Position numbers and translations under genes: made by a program. A model generated the notes under the pieces. The model was given only the letters and a program-made list of their open reading frames with translations. It did not search any database and had not been told where the DNA came from. From Armatimonadota bacterium (lineage in GTDB: Bacteria > Armatimonadota > SYMT01), in contig JAWLHY010000003.1 of the NCBI GenBank assembly GCA_041690135.1, positions 800,001 to 864,000 of the forward strand: 64,000 nt of DNA, read 5' to 3'. The first letter of the stretch is position 1. The number at the start of each line of letters is the position of its first letter. Positions 50,489-59,645 of this stretch are shown here, piece after piece.

Positions 50489-50950
50489 TCAGGAAACTGC
50501 CGGGGTCTCGGCGGTAGCCAGGCCGGTTGGGGGATGGGAGAGGAGAAAGTCCTCCACGGCGGCGACCAGGGCGGGCTTCTCGCGCTCCACGGCGTTGGTC
50601 ACCCACTCGCCCCAGCCGGACTCCCGCAGTTCGCGCACGAAGTCGTCGCGCAGCCAGGCCACGGCCCGGCGGGCGCAGTCTTCCCACTCGGCGGCGGTGA
50701 GGCGCTTCCCCATCTCCGCCAGGTCGGTGCGGATCTCCACCGGGACCTCTACCGCCTCGTTCATCCGGGGGGTCTGGGTGTGGTGGTGCGGCTCGATGGC
50801 GAAGCAGTCGATCCGGCCCAGGTCGAGCAGCACGCCGGAGCGGCCGTCCAGCACGAAGCGGCAGACCGGACCCCCGTTGGCGCCGCCGCGCTGCGCTCCC
50901 GTAAACAAGATCACCCGGCCGTACTGGCCCACCGGTTGTTCCCCAAACAT
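50489..50950 (-). CDS. Hypothetical protein
   Basis: AAGGAG RBS before ATG at 50950; protein-like composition. Confidence 0.65.
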   Translation of the reverse strand: MFGEQPVGQYGRVILFTGAQRGGANGGPVCRFVLDGRSGVLLDLGRIDCFAIEPHHHTQTPRMNEAVEVPVEIRTDLAEMGKRLTAAEWEDCARRAVAWLRDDFVRELRESGWGEWVTNAVEREKPALVAAVEDFLLSHPPTGLATAETPAVS

Positions 50951-51104
50951 GGTGCTCCTTTGCTTCCGTGTACGTCGTCTGGATTGCGTCACCTACCCAC
51001 GGGCAATGCCGGTGTGGCTGCAAGCTGCTTCCTCGTTTGACGAGCGATGTTACCCCTGATAGAATGCATCCGAACCCACCTGGCGGCCTGCTCGATCCCG
51101 GAGA

Positions 51105-52820
51105 ATGTTCATGCGACTCGGCTATTCTCTCCTTCTCGCCCTGCTGCTCCCGGCCGCGGCCGTGCGCGCGGACAGCGTCACCGAACTCCCGCTGCCGGCC
51201 AACGACCTCGTTTACGATGCACCTTCGGGGCTGATCTACGCTAGCGTTCCGGGCCGCGTTGGGGCTTCAGGTAACAGCATCACCCGTTTCGATCCGCTTT
51301 CGGGCGAGGTGATCGGTTCTGTTTTTGTCGGCAGCGAGCCGGGTCCGCTGGCGCGCACGGACGACGGTAGTTATCTCTACGTGGGTCTGAACGGCGCCGC
51401 GGCGGTCCGCCGCTACGACCTGGGGTCCCACCTGGCCGGACCGCAGTTCTCCGTCGAGTCCCCGGTGCAGCGCCTGGTGGCGTTGCCGGGTCAGCCCCAT
51501 TCCCTGGCCGTGTTGGCCGGCGTCTTCTTCTCCAACCCCCTCATGGTCTTTGATGCGGGCGTTCGCCGGCCGAACTCCTCGGCCATCGATCAACTCCGCC
51601 TCACGGATGTGCTCCCGTCGCTTTCTCCGGGACGGCTCTATGGCGCGGACCACACATCGGTTCGGGTGGATGTGCGGGGCGGCGAGCTCCAGCGGGTTGG
51701 CGAATACGGTTCGGGCGTCACCGACCTAGACATTACGGGCAACCGCTCCCAACGCGGCCTCCTGTTCGCTCCCACGGGGAAGGTGATCGATCCGGAAGCG
51801 GATGTGCTCCTGGGAACCTTTGCGCTGAATAGTTTCTATGGTCCGCACCTCGTATGCCCGGATCTGCCGAACGGGCGCGCCTACTTTCTCACCCGGACAG
51901 GCGCCGACGCTTACGAGCTCCAGGCGTACGATGCACGCACGTACACGCCTGCCGGAACGCTGCCGCTCCCCGCGCTGACCCAGTATCCGCACAGCCTGAT
52001 CCGGTGGGGGGACGATGGCCTGGCCTTCGCTGCCGGGGACAAGGTGTACCTCGTCCGGACGTCCCTGGTGCCCCAGGGCAGCCCGGAAGTGGATCTGCAG
52101 GTCCATGGCGTCACCCTGCCGGGCGAGGTGGCCGCGGGAGAGACGCTTACTTACACGCTTTCCGTCCATAACCAGGGCAGCCACCCGGCCACCTTCGTGT
52201 CGCTGACCGACACGCTGCCGGTTTCCACCAGTGACCTTTCCGCGGTCGCCAGCCAGGGGCAGGTCTATGTCGCGGGAGGAGTCGTCACCGCGCGTCTCGG
52301 CGACCTGGCGCCCGGAGCCACCGCCACGGTCACCGTGCAGGCCCGTTTCAAGACCGCCGGACCGGCGACGCACACTGCGGTCGCTACAGCCTTCGAGGCG
52401 GACACGGACAACTCCAATGATCAGGCCACGCACGCCGTAACGGTTACCGCCCCGCTCCTCGCCGAACTGAACGCGGAGTGGACCCAGGTCAAAGTGATCT
52501 GCCCGCCCCGCGGCAAGTGCCGTTACATCGGCCGACTGCGCCTCCGCAACAGCGGCGGGCAGGACGCGCGCCGGTTTACCGTGCGGTTCTATGCCACATC
52601 CCGGTCGTTCGGCACCACCAATCTGCTGGGCGAGGTGAAGGTCCGTCTGCTCCGCCGCGGAAAAACGGCCACCCTGCGTCTGAACAAGCGGCAATTCGCC
52701 CCCACCTTCGGCGAGTATGACGTGCGGGCGGTAGTGGACGCGTCCGCTGTCGTTGTCGAGGCCAATGAAGACGACAACACGGCCGTTTCCGCGACCTTCA
52801 ACAGGGGCGACCTTCCGTAA
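51105..52820 (+). CDS. Exported beta-propeller protein with DUF11 and CARDB-like Ig domains
   Basis: Signal peptide; NDLVYD..IYASVP; FVGSEPGPLA; LTYTLSVHNQG..A..V.LTDTLP; VVEANEDDN. Confidence 0.8.
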   Translation: MFMRLGYSLLLALLLPAAAVRADSVTELPLPANDLVYDAPSGLIYASVPGRVGASGNSITRFDPLSGEVIGSVFVGSEPGPLARTDDGSYLYVGLNGAAAVRRYDLGSHLAGPQFSVESPVQRLVALPGQPHSLAVLAGVFFSNPLMVFDAGVRRPNSSAIDQLRLTDVLPSLSPGRLYGADHTSVRVDVRGGELQRVGEYGSGVTDLDITGNRSQRGLLFAPTGKVIDPEADVLLGTFALNSFYGPHLVCPDLPNGRAYFLTRTGADAYELQAYDARTYTPAGTLPLPALTQYPHSLIRWGDDGLAFAAGDKVYLVRTSLVPQGSPEVDLQVHGVTLPGEVAAGETLTYTLSVHNQGSHPATFVSLTDTLPVSTSDLSAVASQGQVYVAGGVVTARLGDLAPGATATVTVQARFKTAGPATHTAVATAFEADTDNSNDQATHAVTVTAPLLAELNAEWTQVKVICPPRGKCRYIGRLRLRNSGGQDARRFTVRFYATSRSFGTTNLLGEVKVRLLRRGKTATLRLNKRQFAPTFGEYDVRAVVDASAVVVEANEDDNTAVSATFNRGDLP

Positions 52821-52868
52821 CCAGCCCATGTGGCCCCCGGTTCATGCGGAGATCCTTCCCAGCCGTCC

Positions 52869-53603
52869 TCAGTCCTGCGGTACGAAGAGCAGCACCAGGG
52901 AAAAGATGGCGGAGCACCCATCGAAAAGAGACTGGTAGCCCATGTAGGTGTCGAAATTGCGTTTGGCCGCGACGGCGTGAGACACGGCGCCGCCGGAACC
53001 CTGGCCGGCGGGAGTTCCCTGGCGAAGCTCTTCGATGCGGGGGCCCACCTGAGCGACTTCCTCGGGAGTCAGCACGCGGTCCAGCGCATCGGTGGCATGC
53101 AGCAGGGCGATCAGCGCCCCGAGCCGCGCGTCGACGGGACCGGATTCCAGCAGGGCAGCGCGCAGCTGTTCCCGCAAGCGCCGCTCGGGATGGGCGTTCT
53201 GTGTCGGGTAGACGGGATTGGGAAGTACCCAGAGGAGCCGGTCTTCCTGCCGGGTCAGGATGCCGCGCTCGATCAGCCGCGTGGCGACGGAAGCATGGAG
53301 CACCGGCTCGCTGGGATAGAGGTTGTTGGGGACCAGCTTTCCAATCCACTCTCCACTCTTCCGGGGTTTGGCGGCCTCTTCGATGCGGGCGAGCGCCTGG
53401 TCGAGGAGTGCATCGCCGGTCGGGGTCGGATCGAACACGCCGAGGTGGCCTTCCTCGTCCACGCCCACGCGCTCCTGTAGAAGCAACTCGGCCAGCACGG
53501 CGCCTTCCAGGCCCTGGCGCAGGTACAACTCTTCGCTCCTACCCGTCTCATCGTTCAGGCAGAGCAGCAGCAACTGTTCGGGTAGGGAAAGGGTGGCTTC
53601 CAT
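52869..53603 (-). CDS. GOLPH3/VPS74 (GPP34) family protein
   Basis: LSLPEQLLLLCLNDETG, GAVLAELLL, PTGDALLDQAL, RLIERGIL. Confidence 0.85.
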   Translation of the reverse strand: MEATLSLPEQLLLLCLNDETGRSEELYLRQGLEGAVLAELLLQERVGVDEEGHLGVFDPTPTGDALLDQALARIEEAAKPRKSGEWIGKLVPNNLYPSEPVLHASVATRLIERGILTRQEDRLLWVLPNPVYPTQNAHPERRLREQLRAALLESGPVDARLGALIALLHATDALDRVLTPEEVAQVGPRIEELRQGTPAGQGSGGAVSHAVAAKRNFDTYMGYQSLFDGCSAIFSLVLLFVPQD

Positions 53604-53908
53604 CGATTTCTCCAGTGCCGGATAGGCCTCTCGGCGAGGTCGTGATTGCAACGGGTTGTTGAACGCTCAAGCAGGCCGCTGCGTTGCCCCCAGAATGTTG
53701 AGAGTAGCTAGCGGGAATCTCCTGCCCGCCTCTTTCGATCGCTGCGCAGGAACCGCCTGAAAGCCCGGAGAAGGTTACGCCATCTACTGTTCCGGCGGAG
53801 GGTCTCTCCGGCGTACCGCCCCTGTTCTCCCACCGGAACTGGTCGCAACGAGACCTATGTCCGGCCGTCCAGGTCCGCGGCCACTGCTTGCTCACATCCA
53901 ACGCCGCC

Positions 53909-56023
53909 ATGAAGTTCAGGTTTCTCACGCAGGATAGACGTCTCAACCTCTTCGGGCCCTCGCGCCTGATCCTGCTGACGGCCGCGCTGGCTACGGTCGC
54001 GGCCGCCGCGCCCCCCAGAGCGGAGCAAGCCGGCAGTACTTCGCTGGCCCAGCGCTACCGCGCGTTGGCGCTGGAACTGTTGGCTGAGTGCCCCCGCCTG
54101 CTCGAGAACCCGCGGGAGATCCTGCCGAACTGGCAGCACCCGCGGCAGTTCGACCCGAACATCGACACGAAGGAGCCGCCGCGTGACCAGGTGCTGGCCG
54201 ACCTCGCCGGCGCCTATGCCCGCCTTGGCGAGTTGGAGCAGGCCCGCCAGCTCGCCGCCGGGCTGAGGATGGCCGAAGCACGCGTAAGGGCCCATACGGC
54301 AATCGCCGAGGCGGCGCTGGAGGCGGGGGACCAAGAAGGCGCACGGGCGGCCTTCAAGAAGGCGTTCGGCGGGTTGGGGGTGGTCTCCGCTTCCCAGTCC
54401 GTCACGCTGCGCCTGGAGCTGGTGCGGCTGGCGAAGGAGTTGAACGACGTGCCGGCACTGGAGCGGCTGCGGGCCGGGATCTACCCCGGCGCGGGTCCCC
54501 GCATTGCGCGGAAGGGTGCGGCCAGCCTCATCCCGCGCGAAAAGTATCAGGCAGCGGCCGATAACGCCGCGGCGCTCGCCGCCCGGGGGCAAACCGAAGA
54601 GGCGCTGAAGATTGCCGAGGGCATCCCGCTGGCGATGCACCGGGCGCGGGCGTATCTCGACATCGCTATCGCCCGGAGCGAGCGCGATGATGAGCCCGGG
54701 GCACGCCGCGCGGCCGCTAGAGCCTCCGCCGTGGCGCGAAAGACCCTGGGGCCGGCCCACCGCGCCGACCTCTTCACGCTGCTCGGGGGCGTCTACGGGC
54801 GCGTGGGCTACCGCAAGCACGCCGAGTGGGCGTTCGGCCGCGCCCACGAAGCCATTCCCTTCGTGCCGGAGTCGAACTCGATCTCGACCGAGACCGGCTA
54901 CATGCGGATGTTGATCGACAGGCCGCAAGCCTACCTGCTGCTGGCCCACACTCAGGCCCGCGTGGGGGATCTGGACGGCGCCTTCCGCACCATGGCGCGG
55001 GTGACCGCACCCGACCCACATTCCCTGCGGTTTCGCGTCTACCGCCTGCAGACCGACGGCTGGCTCTCGCTGGCCCGCACTGCCCGGGCTCGTGGAGATC
55101 AGACGAAGACTCGCATGGCGCTCGCCGGCGCCCTGAAGGCGGTCCGGGCGGCCGGCGACGCCGAAGCCCCGAACGCCCTGGAAGTGGCCACCCTGGCGGA
55201 GGCGTGCGGGCTCGGCGCGCTCTCGGGGGAGGCCGAACGGCTTTTCGCGGCCGGCGTAGCGGCCCGGCGGCGCGCCGACTTCGGCTTCGTCCACGAACTC
55301 GTGGAGAAGCGCACGGAACTGGCGCAGGCCATTGCGGGAGCGGTCCGAACACCCCCCGCGCCGCCGGAGGTCCCAGCCGCGGCCAGTGATGAGCCTGCCC
55401 CGCCTCCAGCGGACGTGCCGACGCCACCCTCATCCACGCTCGCCGGCGGCCGCACCATCACCTGGGCCTGTGCGGCCCAGCCCCAGGTATCGTACCAGCT
55501 CTACATGCCGAAGAACCGCACCCTCGCTACCGTGCGCGACGTCTTCCTCCTGATCCCGCCCGGCGGCTCGGCCCGGCTCCCCTCCCCGCAACTCGCCGAC
55601 CAGCTCGGTTGGGCTTTCGTGGGTCTCCAGAAGACAACCTACGACCTCGGCGAACTGATGGGGGCGGTGCTCGCGGCCGTGCGCGATCTCTCCCAGAGGG
55701 CCGGGCATCCGCTAAGGTGGCGGTTTGGCGGCCTCTCCGCGGGCGGGTACGCCTCGATGCACACGGCGCGAGTTCTGCCGGAGGTGTGCGCCGGCGTGGT
55801 GATGGTCGGAAGCTTCGATGAGGTCGACGACGTCACCTTCCCAGTAGTGTTTCTTGTGGGGGAAAACGACTACGCGCGGGGCGACGCAGAGCGCATCTAC
55901 GAGCGGCTGCGGGCAGGTAAACGGTGGTGCCGGTTGATGCTCCACCCCGGCGGCCACACCTATGGCCGCCCGGCCGACCTGGAGAATGCGATCCGTCACC
56001 TGGCCCGGAATAGTCCGCGCTAA
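53909..56023 (+). CDS. TPR-like helical protein with a C-terminal alpha/beta-hydrolase domain
   Basis: Ala-rich helical repeats; GLSAGG nucleophile motif, GEND, HPGGH. Confidence 0.7.
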   Translation: MKFRFLTQDRRLNLFGPSRLILLTAALATVAAAAPPRAEQAGSTSLAQRYRALALELLAECPRLLENPREILPNWQHPRQFDPNIDTKEPPRDQVLADLAGAYARLGELEQARQLAAGLRMAEARVRAHTAIAEAALEAGDQEGARAAFKKAFGGLGVVSASQSVTLRLELVRLAKELNDVPALERLRAGIYPGAGPRIARKGAASLIPREKYQAAADNAAALAARGQTEEALKIAEGIPLAMHRARAYLDIAIARSERDDEPGARRAAARASAVARKTLGPAHRADLFTLLGGVYGRVGYRKHAEWAFGRAHEAIPFVPESNSISTETGYMRMLIDRPQAYLLLAHTQARVGDLDGAFRTMARVTAPDPHSLRFRVYRLQTDGWLSLARTARARGDQTKTRMALAGALKAVRAAGDAEAPNALEVATLAEACGLGALSGEAERLFAAGVAARRRADFGFVHELVEKRTELAQAIAGAVRTPPAPPEVPAAASDEPAPPPADVPTPPSSTLAGGRTITWACAAQPQVSYQLYMPKNRTLATVRDVFLLIPPGGSARLPSPQLADQLGWAFVGLQKTTYDLGELMGAVLAAVRDLSQRAGHPLRWRFGGLSAGGYASMHTARVLPEVCAGVVMVGSFDEVDDVTFPVVFLVGENDYARGDAERIYERLRAGKRWCRLMLHPGGHTYGRPADLENAIRHLARNSPR

Positions 56024-56189
56024 GGGGTTGGGGCGAGTAACTGGGCAGGTACGGTTTTCCAGAAGGGGGCCGACACCCGCGCGCGGGTACCCGGCGCCGT
56101 CACTCCGGCAAGCCTCGCGGACCTGGGTGAAGAAACAGGCTCGTGTCGAGCGGTCTAAAACTGGCCAGATTCTTCACCCAACCCCTTAG
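56020..56189 (+). mobile_element. MITE-like family C, best-preserved copy
   Basis: 13-bp perfect terminal inverted repeats CTAAGGGGTTGGG / CCCAACCCCTTAG; overlaps the TAA stop of the upstream gene. Confidence 0.75.
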
Positions 56190-56319
56190 TAAGCCCCTAG
56201 GGGCATGCCGCTTTGACGGGCCTTTTCCAGTGGTTTCTCGAAACCTGCGGCGGTTTCCCGACTCAGATGCCTGGAGTGCGGGGAACCGCGAGGCCGAGCG
56301 GGCCGGAGGGCGAGGACCG

Positions 56320-57771
56320 ATGCTTTCGATCACCACGCGAGGATACCGGGTGTGCGACGGGACGTCGCGGCGGCAGTTGCTGCAGGCGGGGGGCGCGGGG
56401 CTGCTGGGGCTCTCCCTGCCGAAGGTTCTGGCGGCGGAGGAAGCACGGGGCGCGGCGCCCGCCCGGCGCCCGGGGCGCGCGAAGTCGGTCATTTTCCTGT
56501 TCCTGTTCGGAGGGCCGAGCCAGCTCGAGACGTTCGACTTGAAGCCAGAAGCCCCCACGCAGGTACGCGGCCCCTTCAAGCCGATCCCGTGCCGGACGGA
56601 TGACCTGCTGGTCTCCGAGTCGCTGCCGCGGTTGGCACAGCTTTCCCACCGGTACTGCGTCATCCGCACCATGACGCACGACTTCAACGACCACAGCGGC
56701 GGCGGGCACTACATCCAGACGGGTCACCGGTGGCACGTGCCGATCGGCGGCGGGTTCAGCCCCACGCCCAAGGACTGGCCCTCCATCGGCTCGGTCGTGG
56801 AGTACACGGCCCAGCATGAGCCGGGCGGGCTCCAGCGGGATCTGCCGGCCTACGTGGTGCTGCCGAACAGCCTGGGGCGGCTGCAGCAGCGGGGACAGTA
56901 CCCGCGTCCGGGCGAGCATGCGGGCTGGCTGGGGAAGGCGTACAACCCCCTCACGACCGTGGTGGACAAGCGTAACCTGCAGGACAACCCCTACTGGCGG
57001 GTGTGCACGGATGAGGAGCTGACCTTCCAGATCCAGGGGCAGTCGCCCGCGAAGGAGATCCGGCTGGACCGCCTCGCCCGGCGGCGGTCGCTGCTGGAGC
57101 AGTTCGATGCCCACCGGCAGGTGCTGGAGGGGGACCCTTCCGTGGAGAGCTACAACCGATTCCGCAGCCGAGCCCTCGGATTGGTCTGTTCGGAGCGGAC
57201 CCGCACGGCGCTCAATCTCCAGGCGGAGCCGGCGAAGACCCGCGACCGGTACGGCCGGCACCTGTTCGGCCAGAGCTGCCTGCTGGCCCGGCGGCTGGTG
57301 GAGTCCGGGGTCCGGTTCGTGACCGTCCACTACGACTGTGTGGACGGCTATAGCTGGGACTCCCACCGCAACAGCGACGACGTGAAGGACCACCTGATGC
57401 CGACCACCGACCAGGCGGCCTCGGCGCTGCTGGAGGACCTTCACGACCGGGGCATGCTGGACGACACCCTGGTGGTGATGCTGGGGGAGATGGGCCGCAC
57501 TCCCAAGGCGAACGCCAAGTGGGGGCGGGACCACTGGAGCACGCTCTTCCCGGCCCTGCTGGCCGGCGGGGGCATCCGCGGCGGAACGTGGTACGGGAAG
57601 TCGGACGCGGAGGCGGCCTTCCCCACGGAGAACCCGGTCCGTCCCGAAGACCTGGCGGCCACCCTCTACTGGGCGCTGGGCCTGGACCCCGAGATGATGG
57701 TTCCCGATCCGGAGGACCGCCCTATTCCCCTGATCGATGGTGGGCGGCCGGTGACGGGGATCTTTGCGTGA
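56320..57771 (+). CDS. DUF1501 family protein
   Basis: SRRQLL; FLFGGPSQLETFDLKP; WDSH; GEMGRTP; GRDHW. Confidence 0.93.
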   Translation: MLSITTRGYRVCDGTSRRQLLQAGGAGLLGLSLPKVLAAEEARGAAPARRPGRAKSVIFLFLFGGPSQLETFDLKPEAPTQVRGPFKPIPCRTDDLLVSESLPRLAQLSHRYCVIRTMTHDFNDHSGGGHYIQTGHRWHVPIGGGFSPTPKDWPSIGSVVEYTAQHEPGGLQRDLPAYVVLPNSLGRLQQRGQYPRPGEHAGWLGKAYNPLTTVVDKRNLQDNPYWRVCTDEELTFQIQGQSPAKEIRLDRLARRRSLLEQFDAHRQVLEGDPSVESYNRFRSRALGLVCSERTRTALNLQAEPAKTRDRYGRHLFGQSCLLARRLVESGVRFVTVHYDCVDGYSWDSHRNSDDVKDHLMPTTDQAASALLEDLHDRGMLDDTLVVMLGEMGRTPKANAKWGRDHWSTLFPALLAGGGIRGGTWYGKSDAEAAFPTENPVRPEDLAATLYWALGLDPEMMVPDPEDRPIPLIDGGRPVTGIFA

Positions 57772-57877
57772 TTCGCTCTATTTGCTGTTCGCATTGGGCG
57801 GCGGGCCGTGGCTCCCGGCCAAAGGCCACAACCTCCTTATCCTGATCCGCATCTCATCTCAATCGGCTGAAAGCCCT

Positions 57878-58945
57878 TCATCCTTCAACCGGCAGCACCA
57901 CGTCCACTTCTTCGCCCGGGCGGAGGTCGAGCGGCTTGAGCGGCTTGACCCAGAGCCAGGTGTAGAAGAGCTGGCGGTCCCAGCCGGGCACGATCTTCTC
58001 CAGCTTGCCGGGGACCCCACCGCCCGCGAGCTCCACTTCCACCTTCTGGCCTTCGTCCAGGGGCTGAGCCGTTTGCTGCTTTACCAGGGCCACGACTCGG
58101 TAGCTGGCGGGATCGTCCACACGGATGATGGGGGTCTTGGCCCGGATCCAGTGACCCTCCCCGGCGATGATCGAAGTGACGACGCCGTCCATCGGGCTGT
58201 GTCGTTTCGCCTGCCCCATCAGCTTCCGCAGGCGGGCGGCTTCGGCACGGGCGGCGCGCTGCCGGTGAATGCTGTCCACTACGGCCAGGTGGAACGCGCG
58301 CTGGCGCTTCCGGTAGTACTCCTCGGAAGCCGAGAGCTGGCTCTTCAATTCCGCGACGTTCCACGGGCTGTTACTGGTTGCCAGCCGTATCGGGGAGTTT
58401 TGCTGCTGTTGCGCCAGGTACTTTTCCTGCTTGCGGGTCTCCACGATGAGGGAGCGCAGCAGCCGGTGATCGCGGGCCAGCAATCCCAATTCCTCCTTAC
58501 GCTCCCGGCGGTGCCGGTTGGTCGCCTCGGCGTACCGGCGCTCATTGGCCAGGGCCGCCTGCAGCCGGCGCTGGAGGTCGGAGGTGTCCATCTGGAAGAG
58601 GAGCTGACCGCGCTGCACGCGCTGGCCCTTCTTCACCTGGAGATCGGCGACCTTACCCGAAAAATAGGAGCCGATGCCCTTCGACTTCCGGCTGACCACC
58701 GTTCCCGTGGCGACCACGCCGTCGTCACCCACTCTCTCCCGCTCGGGTTCGGAAGCCGCCATTACCGGTTGGGGCCGGTCCGGCATGGGGCCGAAGCCGA
58801 AGTAATAGAACATCAGTCGACCTACCGCCACTACCAGCACGACCATCACGGCCGTAACCGTCAAGCGGAGAATGGTCCAAAGCCAGAACCCGTCGCGCAC
58901 GGGGCGTCCGCCCCTACCGGGGTTGTCTCTCGATGCTTCACTCAT
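57878..58945 (-). CDS. HlyD/RND-type membrane fusion (periplasmic adaptor) protein
   Basis: TM anchor, GKVADLQVKKGQRVQRGQLL, coiled coil, SPMDGVV, LRPG. Confidence 0.85.
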   Translation of the reverse strand: MSEASRDNPGRGGRPVRDGFWLWTILRLTVTAVMVVLVVAVGRLMFYYFGFGPMPDRPQPVMAASEPERERVGDDGVVATGTVVSRKSKGIGSYFSGKVADLQVKKGQRVQRGQLLFQMDTSDLQRRLQAALANERRYAEATNRHRRERKEELGLLARDHRLLRSLIVETRKQEKYLAQQQQNSPIRLATSNSPWNVAELKSQLSASEEYYRKRQRAFHLAVVDSIHRQRAARAEAARLRKLMGQAKRHSPMDGVVTSIIAGEGHWIRAKTPIIRVDDPASYRVVALVKQQTAQPLDEGQKVEVELAGGGVPGKLEKIVPGWDRQLFYTWLWVKPLKPLDLRPGEEVDVVLPVEG

Positions 58946-59645
58946 GGGTTTCCAATTCCTCACCGGGCTTTACCCAGGCGAGGTGGAAACCAACGGGGGG
59001 AGAGTGCGTGGAATCACAGGTTCGGAGAGGCGTGGGCGTGGGCGGTGAACAGGGAGTATGGGGGAGTGGGAGTATGGGGGTGTGGGAGTGGGCAGTGGGG
59101 CAGTGTGCGTCTCGCCCGCCAGAGGTCGATCACGGTCGCGACGCGGCAGCGAAAGTGGCGCGGGCGTCCCGCCCGCCACGGTACCCGCTATGGATTAGTC
59201 TCTTGCCGGTACAATTCTGCGCAAAACGCGCACAAGTAGCGTAGCTTCGGAAAGCTAACGCACGTCATCCATACGGACTTGCAGTTTGCGAGCCCCGACC
59301 GGTCCGTCGGTAAGTACGCGTGCCGTGCTTTGGTTGGTATCGCGTGCGGGTGCGAGTTCCGGCCATTGCGGGGCGTGGCAATCCCCCTGGTGACCGCAGC
59401 GGGTCTCGACCCCCGTAGGTCGCCTTCCGGCCCCGGAGTTCCGCAGTAAATCCTGCAAGTCGGACGAACTGAGGCGAAGGTAGCGGCGCGGATGGCAGGG
59501 GGATTGCCGCAGTCGCTAAGGCTCCTTCGCAATGACGCCGTTTCCCTCTTGCTGGTGGCTGCCAATTCCGAAAGATGAGACGCCCGCCCCACATCGTGCC
59601 TCTCCCAATTCGCCTCATTCGCCTCATTCGCGGATCACCCCTCAC

